From contig PDIP01000083.1 in assembly GCA_002811645.1 (NCBI GenBank), forward strand, positions 262,043 through 321,101: a stretch of 59,059 bases of DNA, in the 5' to 3' direction. This stretch comes from Corallochytrium limacisporum Hawaii (Eukaryota > Protista > Pluriformea). This document shows, piece after piece, positions 31,488 through 42,275 of the stretch (position 1 is the first letter of the stretch; each line of letters begins with the position of its first letter). Under the pieces are notes generated by a model, which was not told where the DNA came from, ran no database searches, and worked only from the letters and a program-made list of their open reading frames with translations. Both the position numbers and the translations under genes were made by a program.

Positions 31488-34124
31488 GTGGCACATCTCA
31501 CGCCCGACGAACAAACATGTCATTCTGTTCTTGAAGAAGGGTATAGTTCAACCACAGGGAGACCAGAAGAAGATACCAGCACATCAAGATCTCGGTTACC
31601 CAGGAAAAGGGATTCACCACTGTCACAACCCCGTAGACACATTGCAGAAACCAAACACATGACACCAAACATGGACCGTTCCGATACGGGCAGCGCGGAA
31701 GTGGTGTCCAGCAACGTCGAAATGAACTCGGTACGGGCCAAAAGCGAAGTCTACGAGCTGAAGTCCTGGAGTGCCCGCACCTACTTCCGCCGGTTGCCTG
31801 ATGATGACCAGTGGTTCGTGCTGTCAAATTCTAAGAAGAAACGGATCAAGAAAGCGGGCACTGCTGACGGCCAGGAGCACCAGCAGTCGCCGCAAACTCC
31901 ACCCTATCAGCAGATTAGACACAACACAGTCGTCTCGCAGAACTCTCTGAATTCCTACCAGTCGATCCCGGAGGAGAACGAACAGGAGGTCCGTGAGGCC
32001 GAAGCTGAGCAGACACCGATGCGCACTAGCCCGCTGGAGCGGTCCGAGGTCGAAGGCACTGGAAAGCCTACGTTGGTGATCATTCTGTACTGCCAAAAGC
32101 AGGCCTTGACGGGTCGCTTCGTTTACTTTATGCGCATCACTGAGACCTCAAGGAAAGGCCGCGTTAGCTACGAGCATTTCATCGGACCCAAGTTCGTAAT
32201 CATGTGCGGCGAGAGCGGGACGTTCGCTCAGTTCTACAGCCTCCGGGATGAATTTGAGGTTCACAATGGTTTCAGGTTTGCCAGCTCCGACGAATGCTGG
32301 GATTTCATTCGCTGTGTGGAGAAGGTGAAAATGGCCGCTGCCAGTAATTCATCCGTACTGGACGATTTCCTGTCGCCCAAGGAAGTCGAAGGTTACCTCG
32401 CAGAACGCGGGGCCACGGGTAAGACACTGGTCACTGTCCATCTGCCCAGGGGCCAACGCACCACTCTACGAGTCAACAACTCCCAGACCGTCCTTGACGT
32501 GAAGCTCGCGGTGTGCCGCCACCGCCGCATTGATCCGAAACGGGTGCTCATGCGCTTCTACGAGGAAGACCAGGCGCGAATCGAGGGCGACAAGCCAGTC
32601 ACATTCTATTCCAGTCGGGACTTTGAGCTCGTTGTTCCAGAAGACATAAGAGCCCAATCAATTGCCGCGGGTGCTGCAGGAGCTGCTGCCGTGGGTGTGG
32701 GGGCTGCTGCAGCGTCAAAGAAGAATCGGCGACATCGTACTTCGAACTCTTCCGGCACCAACAAGCCCCAGAGTCGTCCCCGCAGCCGGAGCGCCCGTCG
32801 CGCGGCGAAACGTGAAGAATTGCTAGCGGGTGCGGGCTTGAGCGCAGGATCCCTTGCCCTGCGCCGCGCGCAAAGTGAGCAAGCGTACGAGGAAATTGAC
32901 GCTCTCAATATCTACGAAGGCTCTCCGGCGAAGTCTGCGGCTGTAGCAACTGGCATCTATAGTTCACCGGGGAGTGGCAAGAGTTCCACTGCATACGAGG
33001 AGCGTCAGCAGCGAGCCCAACGCCGTCAAAACCAGCTGATCCTCCTGAAGAGCGGGGAAGATCCCACCGCTGCATTACCTGACTGCAGCAGCCCTACCTC
33101 TACAAACGTACCTGCCGCTGCCATTTTCAATACTGCGAACGGAGAAGAGCACATTATTGATGACCGTAACAACGCTGCTGCGGGTGAGGAGATTATGGCT
33201 CAAGCTCAGACCGGAGGCGAAGATCCATCCTATGCTACTCTTGATCAGGACGGTGACGTAGTGGTCACGCACCAGAAGGTCGATGTTAACCCCATCGACA
33301 TTGGCATGAACGACGAGGACATTACGGCGACCAAGCTGCAGCGCTTGCCGTCTCACCTCACTGCGAGCGCCAGCGGTGCCGACGGCACAAACGAACCCAA
33401 CGAGGACGACGCCTCAGTTGATATGCAGAGTATCAACAGTGGCTCCACTACGCAGACGGGGCAGTCTTCCGTCGGCCGCCGACGCTCGTTACGCTGGATC
33501 GCTGCCATGAACACAGCCAAGGAGCAGCAGGGCAGCGACTTGCAGCGCCGGTCTTCGATCGGCAAACGCACAGCGAAAGAGATTCTCGCTGATGAGCAGA
33601 AGCTAGCCGCTAAGGGACCCGCCGGCGACATGGCAGACCCGCTCTACGATGAGATTGTCAAACCCGGTAACACTGCCGCCAAGGTGGCTGTGTTCAGTTC
33701 CATTTCAACACCCACTGGAGATGACCGCGAAACGGAGACTATGATGGCTGAAGCTGGACTCGCACCTGCTGCTGAGAATGAAATTGAGGCCCTGACAAAA
33801 ACCCTAGGTATCAACGCGGCTGACGCACAGGATCCTAAGAAGCAAGAAATCCTCTCTGCCTTCATTGCGACCTTCCGGAACTCTCTGACGTTACAGGACG
33901 GTCCCAAGGGCGAGAAGATCGAGGAGTCAGACACCGTCAAGACGAAAGCCTCCACCCCTAAGAGCGCCACCGCCAAGACCGAAAGCCTTGAGGAGGCGCA
34001 GAGTGGACACCGTCAACCCTTGAGCCTGTACCCTTACGGCAACGAGGAGGCAGTGAACAGTTTCCACGCTAAGCTGGCTGCAATTGAAGCACGGCTGAAG
34101 GCTGAAGAAGCCGGCACGGCATGA
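31488..34124 (+). CDS. Signalling scaffold with EVH1/WH1-like and Raf-type RBD (ubiquitin-fold) domains
   Basis: WSARTYFR..DDDQW, then NGFRFASSDECWDF (EVH1-like end); VTVHLPRGQRTTLRVNNSQTVLDVKLAVC (RBD-like); long disordered tail. First in-frame ATG is 31659; true start uncertain. Confidence 0.7.
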   Translation: MAHLTPDEQTCHSVLEEGYSSTTGRPEEDTSTSRSRLPRKRDSPLSQPRRHIAETKHMTPNMDRSDTGSAEVVSSNVEMNSVRAKSEVYELKSWSARTYFRRLPDDDQWFVLSNSKKKRIKKAGTADGQEHQQSPQTPPYQQIRHNTVVSQNSLNSYQSIPEENEQEVREAEAEQTPMRTSPLERSEVEGTGKPTLVIILYCQKQALTGRFVYFMRITETSRKGRVSYEHFIGPKFVIMCGESGTFAQFYSLRDEFEVHNGFRFASSDECWDFIRCVEKVKMAAASNSSVLDDFLSPKEVEGYLAERGATGKTLVTVHLPRGQRTTLRVNNSQTVLDVKLAVCRHRRIDPKRVLMRFYEEDQARIEGDKPVTFYSSRDFELVVPEDIRAQSIAAGAAGAAAVGVGAAAASKKNRRHRTSNSSGTNKPQSRPRSRSARRAAKREELLAGAGLSAGSLALRRAQSEQAYEEIDALNIYEGSPAKSAAVATGIYSSPGSGKSSTAYEERQQRAQRRQNQLILLKSGEDPTAALPDCSSPTSTNVPAAAIFNTANGEEHIIDDRNNAAAGEEIMAQAQTGGEDPSYATLDQDGDVVVTHQKVDVNPIDIGMNDEDITATKLQRLPSHLTASASGADGTNEPNEDDASVDMQSINSGSTTQTGQSSVGRRRSLRWIAAMNTAKEQQGSDLQRRSSIGKRTAKEILADEQKLAAKGPAGDMADPLYDEIVKPGNTAAKVAVFSSISTPTGDDRETETMMAEAGLAPAAENEIEALTKTLGINAADAQDPKKQEILSAFIATFRNSLTLQDGPKGEKIEESDTVKTKASTPKSATAKTESLEEAQSGHRQPLSLYPYGNEEAVNSFHAKLAAIEARLKAEEAGTA

Positions 34125-34331
34125 AAATAACAAATTCAACATTGTAACTGTAAAGAAATCCACAACATCAATTTCGCCCCCCAGAAAGATGCGCTAACCA
34201 TCATGAGCCAAAGAAAAGTTCCATAGTGTTCAAGTCAAGTATCTCCTTCTATTATTGAAGTCATTTTATTGTTGCAAAATGGCATGCTGAATGTGGATAA
34301 GTGGAATCAACTCCGTTGTGCATGTCAGGAC

Positions 34332-35264
34332 TTACTTCCGTTTAAGGCTGAAAGTGCGCCCTGACGCTGTCTTTCGGTCACCAGCACCTTCCGGCTTAGC
34401 ACGTGTCAGCACCTTGAGGGAGCTGGCCACACGGGCACGCATACGGGTATGGAGGTAGGCCTTGCTGCACTTGATGTGATAGTGGAAATAGTCCCTGAAG
34501 GTGTGGATCAGGTCAATTGTGCGATCTGCCGTCTCATCCTTGAAGTGTCGGGGGAAGAGGACAAACGTGACGTAGCTCAGATCCGCGCCACTCGGGAGCT
34601 TGTTACTGAACTGAGCAATCTCATCCGGCGGGTTCTTCAGGTTGAATAGGACTTGAGGGGCAGTGTGGACCGTCTTTCGGGCGTCAACAAACTCCTGCAG
34701 GAAGACTTTGCCAATGATGATGTCGTCTTCATCTCGGAAGCGTGTGCTAAAGACTACGACTACCTTGTCGCTTCCTGCGCTCACGACCATATGCTCACCC
34801 GGACGGTACTCGATGATAGCAGCGGAATCGAGGTCCGTACCGGCCTTCTGGCGCTTAAAGAAGGTTTCGAACAGGCCTGCCATTGTGTGACGCTTCATCA
34901 GCGCAATATTGTGGATCAGATCCTTCTTGGCCTGTTCATCGCTGGGGACAGTCAGAGCGTCAAACTTAACAGTGATGTTGTAGCCCTGCTCCGGTGTGGC
35001 CAGCATGAGATCACCGTATACAGATTTGAGTTTGGCACTGGCTCCGTACTTGTCCAGCTCCGCAAAGGGTGCGTACGACATGGACACGGTCAACACAGAC
35101 CGACGGTCATTGTTATCCTCAGAGGTAGCGATACGGAACTGGACGCCGTCAAAGTCATTGATTCCGACCTCGACGCGGTCATACTTCTGATCATCAGGCC
35201 GCTCCTGGCAATGCTCTGTGAGGGTGTCCTCGATGATGCGATTGTGGAATTCGAGCAGGATCAT
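34332..35264 (-). CDS. ARPC2: Arp2/3 complex subunit 2 (p34)
   Basis: MILLEFHNRII, DFDGV, IGKVFLQEFVDARK, APQVLF, TFRDYFHYHIKCSKAYLHTRMRARV, KTASGRTF. Confidence 0.99.
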   Translation of the reverse strand: MILLEFHNRIIEDTLTEHCQERPDDQKYDRVEVGINDFDGVQFRIATSEDNNDRRSVLTVSMSYAPFAELDKYGASAKLKSVYGDLMLATPEQGYNITVKFDALTVPSDEQAKKDLIHNIALMKRHTMAGLFETFFKRQKAGTDLDSAAIIEYRPGEHMVVSAGSDKVVVVFSTRFRDEDDIIIGKVFLQEFVDARKTVHTAPQVLFNLKNPPDEIAQFSNKLPSGADLSYVTFVLFPRHFKDETADRTIDLIHTFRDYFHYHIKCSKAYLHTRMRARVASSLKVLTRAKPEGAGDRKTASGRTFSLKRK

Positions 35265-36257
35265 CCCGATAGTGCTATGTGATGTTCTCTTGTTATCCCA
35301 ATATCTAGTTACCCGGTCACGTCACAGTAGAGTCTAGGTGTGTCCTTGATACCTTTTACTTCGTCAGTCTACCACAGACTGAGATTTAGCAAATGTTCCG
35401 GTTTTGGTGCTGTTTAGGACTTGAATGAATAGAGCTTTTACCAAACTTCCAACGCCTGAAGGACCATGAACATGACAAACATACAGTAGGGATCATGTGC
35501 TTGCTTGTGTTTGGCTTTGCGACCATGGAGCCAATTCGTCAAAACGCCGGTTCGGTACCGCACAACACCTCCTTTGCGATACACAACACTCACATTCGCG
35601 CACACTCATTCGCACAAATTCCAAAACACAAACAGGAAAAGCGAGAAGACAGTCGGTATCTTTCTTAGCCCCTTGGTTTTCTTTGGCCGATACAATCATC
35701 AGCTACTGGTCCCGCAGGGAAAGTTTAAATCCTCTCCCTCTTCCCCCCCCCCCCCAAAACTCCAACAACAGTGGTTTCCGGCCCGGGCGCTGGGCCCCGC
35801 TCTGTGTGTGGATGGATTGCGGACCTGTCTCTCTCGTTACTCTTTCTTCATTGCCCCGGGGTGTGTGGCGTGTGTGTGTGAGGTGCTCGAAGAGGCGGTC
35901 GTGTCCGGCCGAATTTCTCCTCCCGCGGCCCTCCTTTTCTTTATTTTCCCGGGTCCCTATGCGCTCGTTTTTCAGCCAATCGCGGCCAACCAGAGGGCGG
36001 AAAAAGCCAAAACAAATAATTATATATACTTACTTCTTCAAATTATGTACATTTTCAGTAAAATTAATACGAAGTGAATGAACTTTCGCATATACTGACG
36101 TTTATAAATATCCAAAACGAGAACGATGGCAATACTGAAAGCACTGCGGTGTCTATTTTGTCGGGGATCCCCGAGGCGGGATCCATTTCTGTGCAGGGTC
36201 GTCAGGACTTGCCTAAGACTAAACGTGCTTCAATGATGTGGCGTCTCCCGGTTTGTT

Positions 36258-38387
36258 TCAGGGCTCAGCACGGTGGCTTAAGTCCTCTTCAAATCGAGTA
36301 AGTGCCTGCTTGGTGTCACTTATCACGGCCTGAAGATCCGATGCCGACAGAGTAGCAGTACGTTCCACAAGGTTGCGAAGGTTGTCTAGGTAGACCTGGA
36401 CGGCCTGATCACCCAAGTGCACCTCACCACTTGCAGTTGCGTAGCTGGATGCCAGCATGGTATCGCTTTTCCATGCTTCGGTACCGTCGAGATTTTGTTC
36501 CAGTTCTTTGTGGCCCCGGGAGCCGAGTTGGCTGGCCTGGTCGAGGCGGATTCGAATGTAATCTTGGAAGAACTCACGTTGGTCGTTGTTGTCCGCATTG
36601 TTCTCTTCGTGGTCGCCGGCAAAGTAGGTTGCAGGGTCATTGATGTCGTCTGGCGCGTACAAAATAAGCTCGTGGAAAGCACTGTGATTTTCTTGGACGT
36701 CCCGGAAGGAATAGAAGGCGTAGTAGAGCGGGGCATCCTCTTTGCACTTCTTGATAGTGAGGACCAGGTGAGAATTCTTCAAGCTTTCCTTCGATGGTAC
36801 ACTGAAGCGCACGTTCTCTTCCCATGAGATCTTCAGCGCTTCCCGATGTGCCGATGTCTCGAAGTGATCCCATGCATGGTTCAGTTCGGTCTGACCCAGG
36901 AGCACGAAAGTTGACTGCTTCATGCCATCAACATACAGTTCAGAAACGACGATGACGTCGCGACCGTGCTTCTTGCGGAACTCGGTCTGGAGGATGCTCA
37001 AGTAAAAGTGCACCGATTCGCTTTTGTCGATGTCGTATAGAATGTAAGGAATGGATCCCACTTTGTTACAGAAACAGATACCTTTTGCCTTCCAGTCGAT
37101 ACCCTCTGTAGATAGTTTGGCCTTCGCATTTCCTTCGAATACACAGGCGTTCAAAGACAGCCGGTCTTGGCCAATCTTCATGCGGTCAATGGGCATGATG
37201 GACTTGCGACGGAAGCTTTCCGGTCGCGGGCCAGACGAGTCCTCCGATGACGCGTCCAAAAATTTGAGCTTGATGGCTGCACCACGGGAGCGGATGGTAA
37301 TGTCAACCAAGGCCAAGACAGAAAAGCCACGGATTTTCCACGGGGTTTTCTCTGTTCGCGTTACCGTGCGGAAAAACAAAAATATGTTAGACTGCGGATC
37401 CATCAATGCCTTGAGGAAGACTGCCACTGCCCGGTCCCCCAGCTTGCCCCCCGGACAGTCAAAGGCGCACGATTCGCTCACAAACAGACGGCGATTGGCA
37501 TCGTAGAGTGCAAGATGTATGCGGCACTCGGTATCCGGATCCAAGTCCACCTTGAGATCGCTCAGTTCAACCAAAAGATGGCCGTCCGCGAACAGCCGCC
37601 CAAGATCACCGGACCCCACTGTGCGTGTGCTAATGTCATCAACGTTGGCACCCCGGGAGAATGTACTAACGCTGCCCGCACCATCATCCTGCTGCAGTGC
37701 AGCGACGGATGGGTGCTGGCCAGGGACAAGGTTGCCTGCTATGTCTGTGCGTGATGCACCCGATCCGGGAATTCCTGCATTGGAAGGGGTACGTGATGGT
37801 GCCATTGCCATTTTCCGCACGATACTTGGCTTTCCGCTACCAGGGGGTCCCGAATCGGCGGTAATGTCTTCCAGACTGTCCAGCATTCTCGAGGTCATAT
37901 CTTTGGCGCCTATACCGTGGCCACGACGAGCGCCGAGGCTATAGGTAGACGCCCGTGCCTGGATCACTAACTCACGCAGGCATGCCGTCAGAGAGTCTAG
38001 ATAAACACATGGCTTACCCAGGCTGGCCTGGATCCTGGAAAGGTCATCTTTCCCACCCCCCATCGCACCAAAAACAACCGGTGTTGTGGCATCATAGTCG
38101 GGCACGCTTTGGAGATCTTGCTTTGCCTGTTCGATGACGGCGTCATTTGTGTCAGTAAGCAGGACAAGATACGCATCAGCAGGCCCAACGTCTCCGGCAG
38201 CGTCACAGAGGACCTCCTTTGTCGGGTGGAAGTCAAGAGAATGAACTGCTTCGCTTATGGTGATCCATTTCCGCCACTCATGCAGGTCTACTGTATCAAT
38301 GTCTTCAACTCCGAAGATACGCTTCACTGTGTCCTCCACAGCATTGTGAGGTCCCACGATGAGGACCGTATGCGCGTTGGTCTCCAT
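36258..38387 (-). CDS. DOCK-like protein (DOCK N-terminal region and C2/DHR-1) lacking DHR-2, with a degenerate small-GTPase-like N-terminus
   Basis: HLLVEL...LALYDANRRLFVSE (DOCK_N-like); FYLSILQTEFRKK...WEENVRFSVP...NSHLVLTIKKCK...YAF (DHR-1); the ORF ends without a GEF domain. Confidence 0.65.
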   Translation of the reverse strand: METNAHTVLIVGPHNAVEDTVKRIFGVEDIDTVDLHEWRKWITISEAVHSLDFHPTKEVLCDAAGDVGPADAYLVLLTDTNDAVIEQAKQDLQSVPDYDATTPVVFGAMGGGKDDLSRIQASLGKPCVYLDSLTACLRELVIQARASTYSLGARRGHGIGAKDMTSRMLDSLEDITADSGPPGSGKPSIVRKMAMAPSRTPSNAGIPGSGASRTDIAGNLVPGQHPSVAALQQDDGAGSVSTFSRGANVDDISTRTVGSGDLGRLFADGHLLVELSDLKVDLDPDTECRIHLALYDANRRLFVSESCAFDCPGGKLGDRAVAVFLKALMDPQSNIFLFFRTVTRTEKTPWKIRGFSVLALVDITIRSRGAAIKLKFLDASSEDSSGPRPESFRRKSIMPIDRMKIGQDRLSLNACVFEGNAKAKLSTEGIDWKAKGICFCNKVGSIPYILYDIDKSESVHFYLSILQTEFRKKHGRDVIVVSELYVDGMKQSTFVLLGQTELNHAWDHFETSAHREALKISWEENVRFSVPSKESLKNSHLVLTIKKCKEDAPLYYAFYSFRDVQENHSAFHELILYAPDDINDPATYFAGDHEENNADNNDQREFFQDYIRIRLDQASQLGSRGHKELEQNLDGTEAWKSDTMLASSYATASGEVHLGDQAVQVYLDNLRNLVERTATLSASDLQAVISDTKQALTRFEEDLSHRAEP

Positions 38388-38627
38388 TGTTTGCGTATCT
38401 TTCACTTCTTCTATATTTTATCTACAAAACTCTATATCACTGAACACTATATCAATGTAGCCCTATCTTGCTCCCCATCTCAGTATACAGTTTGTGTCGC
38501 TGGTATATGCTTCAAAGGATGCACTCGACCTCCATTCTGTTTAAGGTCGACATAAAGTAGCCCTTCAGACAATCATGAATTTTGGTACGAAGAAAGAGGG
38601 TACCATTGTACTCAGTGTTTACGAACA

Positions 38628-39607
38628 TGTCAATCTATCTCAAGTCTTCACGCACCATACACAACACAAGCAACCCCCCAGATCTACAGGTTGTTGAGTC
38701 GCCATCTTTCATCAGCTACGCGAACTCAGTCCAGTGCCCAGGCAGCCACCGCTGACGAATACTTCGCCGAAGATGATAAACTACAAACAGGCACGGGGCA
38801 CCCAAACAATTCACGGTTGAGGTGCCCCTTGGACAAGGCCTGGTCACCCTGGTCAACAAGAGCCCCACGGTTCCTACCGTTTAGCGCTCTATGCAGCCCT
38901 GCGGCAGTCCTGGCGGAGTGTGTGTGTGTGCTGTGTGTGTGTGACTCCCTCCCTCTCGCGGCCGGGTTTGGTCCCAGCGGGCCCGGGCCTCTGCTGCAGG
39001 CTAAGGAGGGTTTTGCACTCAGCGGGGCGAGAGCTTGGGGGGTGGGTGGGGGAGGGAAGCGAAAACAAGAGCCGTGCGATGGTAAAAAACTGCCAGCGGT
39101 GGAGTGGACAACTCTTGGGGCGCCTCAGCCCTTTTGCGCAGTCTCAGGGAGCCCTCCCGCGAGGGCAAAAACTCGTGCGTTCAGTGTTAGGAAAGGAGGG
39201 GCTGGGGGAGGATACCCATCCGCCTGCAGTATATTCACTATTGAGCCCAGTGGCAGAGGAACGCAGGAGAGGGGCGGGGGAGATTTGTGTTTACTCTGAC
39301 TTATGCTGCGGGAGGGTAAGGGGGGGAGCGGGGGGCGGCACAGTTCCGGTGCGCTTAGGGCCCCTTACCCCTCATCATTGGCTTGTGGGCGTTTGGGCCC
39401 AGGGGCCAGAAATTAGACTCCCAATCGTTCATAGAAATAGTTCGGCAGACCCCCGCTGTGGGTGGCCGTCCGTTGCGGGTTCGGACGCGAGGGGACGAAA
39501 AAGGGGGGGGGGAGGAGGACGAGGGGAAAAGGACGGTTGAAGGGGTCAACGGTGATGGGAGTATCACAGCAAGGCTGCCTTGGGTACTCAAGGCGCATCA
39601 ACAGTAG
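38628..39607 (+). CDS. Probable gene (mitochondrial-like N-terminus) with a garbled interior
   Basis: ATG at ~38628, then (after a frame change) RLLSRHLSSATRTQSSAQAATADEYFAEDDKLQTG, G-rich smears at ~38910-39540, and a clean end ...GDGSITARLPWVLKAHQQ*. Confidence 0.25.
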
Positions 39608-39776
39608 TGAACAGAGGCTCTTATCTGTCTGTAAGAGTACCTCTTCGGTTTGTGAATTTATTTTATTGAACGCAATACAATTATGTCTGAGAGAGCACGA
39701 CATGCATAGGTCAAAATAAACCACCCTTTGGAATCTACACTATCTGTTTACTCTAAGGCATTGGCCAGACTCGTCC

Positions 39777-42275
39777 TCAGCTACCGAATTTAGGGATGTA
39801 CCCCATCAGTCCACTACCAGTGTGCTTCTGCGCCGCATTAATCTCCTTGATCTGATCCGGAGTGAATTGCATGAGCGTCGTGATAGCCTTAGACAGCTGC
39901 TGGGCCTCCGTCCCATGTGCACACATGTACTTGAAAATCACAAAGCGTAGGTACTCGCGATCCATGTCCTGTTGCTTACTTCCACCAGCGGATGGGGACG
40001 TGGGCACTGCAAGCGCTGGGGGACTGCCTACGTCCTGAAGCGATCCGTTGCTTGCGTTCCCTGAATTGTCAGCGCTTGCTGTCATTGTGACCTCCTCAAA
40101 TTCGCCACCCAGCGAACCTTGGCTCGAGTTGCCATCACGCCGCATGCGGGTCATAACCGGTGTGCTCGGTCGGTTTGGACTCGTACCCGGGAGCTGTCCT
40201 GCGTTCTTGAGTTCCTTTTGCAGAGCTTTGCGTAGTTTTGCTACCTTGCGTTCATTTGCTCGCAGATTTTCCTCGTGGTGCCGCTTATTGTCCTCCAGCT
40301 CTTGACGTACGAGCCCCAATTCGTCCTGTAACTCGTCCCTTTCGCGAACAGCAAGCTCGGTTTCTCCTTGAACGGCAAGAATGCGGTCTTTGAGCTCCTG
40401 TACGGTGCGGGCGGAATTCTGGGACTGATTCTGTAGCACCAGCGAGCCTTCGTCGAGTTCCCGAATTCGGGCCTGCAACTGCGTAATTTCGGCATTGAGC
40501 GCGTCTTTCTGCTCGACCATTTGCCGGTTCATGCGCTCCGTGTTCTCTTGACTGAGCTTCTCGGTGGTCTCGAGTTTGCGTTTCAGGCGCTCTATGCCAT
40601 TCTGGGCTTCTTGCAAGTGGTCCTCGAGGTCACGGTTGCGATTCTTAGCCTCCTTTGTCTCCGCTTTCTGGCCCTCGGATGTTTCCTCCAGTTCTTTGAC
40701 CTTCGCCTGCAGTCGTAGGACTTCCTCCGAATCATCCGCCTGCACAGGTGTTGCCTGGGCTTCGCTCTGTGCTTGGGACAATTTAATCTTCAGATTGTCC
40801 CGTTCGTGTACGATCTTCTCCATTTCCTCCACATTGGCAGCATCCTGGTCCTTCAGCTCTTGCCGCAATTGTTGGGTCTGTTGCTGGCTGTTGTTCAAGG
40901 CAGTCTGCAGCTCCTCGACCTGTGACTCCTTTTCTTCTAGCGTATTCTGCATCTCACTGTCCATGTGCTGGCTCATGGCTGCTGTTTCAGCTTGCTGCTG
41001 ACTGACTTTCAGGTTCTGTTGTAACTGTCTCACAGTGTTCGTAACCGTTTGAGACAGGGAAGCGATCGAGTTGTGCAGAACAGTGCCTTCGTGACCAATG
41101 TCATCCGCTGAAAGTTTGTGGGCCCGCACTTGGGTTTGGAAAGCGTGACCGTGGTCCACGACCAGACTCTTTACCTGTGCATGCTGCTGCTGGATAGTTT
41201 GCATCTTAACATGCAGTTCCTTGTGCTGATTTCGGGTAACCTTGAGCTGTCCCGTGAGGCGGACCTTATCCTTCTGAATGTCTCTCACGTCCTCAATATG
41301 GCTCTTCAACAGCGTTTGTAGCCTTACAAATTTGCTGTGCAGCTGACGGTTACGGTTCTCAAGCTGAAAAACACGGTCCTGCAATTCCTTGCTGTGGTCA
41401 TGATCCACTGCCGGGCGTTCATTAGTCAATTCTGCGTCATTTTCAGCATTTCCGTCACTCTCCATTGATGCTCCCTCTTCAGCTGCTGACTTTGGTTGGC
41501 CCCGTCCCAGGCTCTCCTGTGCCTTGGCCAACTGTTGCCGAATGGACTGATAGCTCTCCTCCAAAGAATTCAGTTCGGCTTTACTGCTCTCCCGTTGCGA
41601 TTCCAAGGACCGTTCTAGTTTCAGACAATTCTGCTGGCTCGCCTTCAGTTCAAAGCGCAGTTTGTCCCGCTCCTGCGTCAGCACCCGGTTCTGTTGCGTC
41701 TGGTTCTCTAAAGAGCTACCGGCTACCTCTGCTCTTTGTGCTTCCTTGCTAAGCTTCTCCATGATCCTAGCCTGGGTGGACTCCATGTGTGAAACCTTTG
41801 TCTTGTATTCCTGTAGACTCTTCCGCAGATCTCTGATCAGCGCTTCGTATGCGGTACTATCGCTGGTTTCACTCATACCCGCATTTTTTGAGGAATTTTC
41901 GGGGGAGCCACCTGGCTCTTGCTGCTGGAGCGTTGTTGTTTCTTTCATTTGTTTCTTCAAATCACGTATCTTTTGCATGTGCTTGTCCTGCATTTTCTCC
42001 AAAGCTTCTTCAAGCTTGGTATTCTTTGCATGTGCTTCTCGCAATTGTTGCTGCAATGCACTTACATTCACTGTACGTTTTGGCGATGGGTGTGGTGAGG
42101 GGCCTGTCGACCCAGACGGTGATGAAGTGGTCGTTGCATTATTAACAACCGGCTGCTGACCTGGCCTGTCGGATGCCTGCTGTGGCGTTTGTTGTGGTCC
42201 CATACCCATGGCAGTGGCCAGATTATCTACCGTGAGGGCATTCTCGCCCAATTTGGCCTTCAAATTCTTAAACAT
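39777..42275 (-). CDS. GRIP-domain golgin (golgin-97/golgin-245-like)
   Basis: N-terminal MFKNLKAKL, a long coiled coil, and C-terminal GRIP DREYLRFVIFKYM...AITTLMQFTPDQ with the conserved Tyr. Confidence 0.9.
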   Translation of the reverse strand: MFKNLKAKLGENALTVDNLATAMGMGPQQTPQQASDRPGQQPVVNNATTTSSPSGSTGPSPHPSPKRTVNVSALQQQLREAHAKNTKLEEALEKMQDKHMQKIRDLKKQMKETTTLQQQEPGGSPENSSKNAGMSETSDSTAYEALIRDLRKSLQEYKTKVSHMESTQARIMEKLSKEAQRAEVAGSSLENQTQQNRVLTQERDKLRFELKASQQNCLKLERSLESQRESSKAELNSLEESYQSIRQQLAKAQESLGRGQPKSAAEEGASMESDGNAENDAELTNERPAVDHDHSKELQDRVFQLENRNRQLHSKFVRLQTLLKSHIEDVRDIQKDKVRLTGQLKVTRNQHKELHVKMQTIQQQHAQVKSLVVDHGHAFQTQVRAHKLSADDIGHEGTVLHNSIASLSQTVTNTVRQLQQNLKVSQQQAETAAMSQHMDSEMQNTLEEKESQVEELQTALNNSQQQTQQLRQELKDQDAANVEEMEKIVHERDNLKIKLSQAQSEAQATPVQADDSEEVLRLQAKVKELEETSEGQKAETKEAKNRNRDLEDHLQEAQNGIERLKRKLETTEKLSQENTERMNRQMVEQKDALNAEITQLQARIRELDEGSLVLQNQSQNSARTVQELKDRILAVQGETELAVRERDELQDELGLVRQELEDNKRHHEENLRANERKVAKLRKALQKELKNAGQLPGTSPNRPSTPVMTRMRRDGNSSQGSLGGEFEEVTMTASADNSGNASNGSLQDVGSPPALAVPTSPSAGGSKQQDMDREYLRFVIFKYMCAHGTEAQQLSKAITTLMQFTPDQIKEINAAQKHTGSGLMGYIPKFGS

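Noticed and set aside
31488-38387. EVH1 scaffold, ARPC2 and DOCK-like gene as a functional actin gene cluster
   Set aside because: Three neighbours in a gene-dense eukaryote, with mixed orientation and no shared regulatory signal seen; synteny in other species would be needed.
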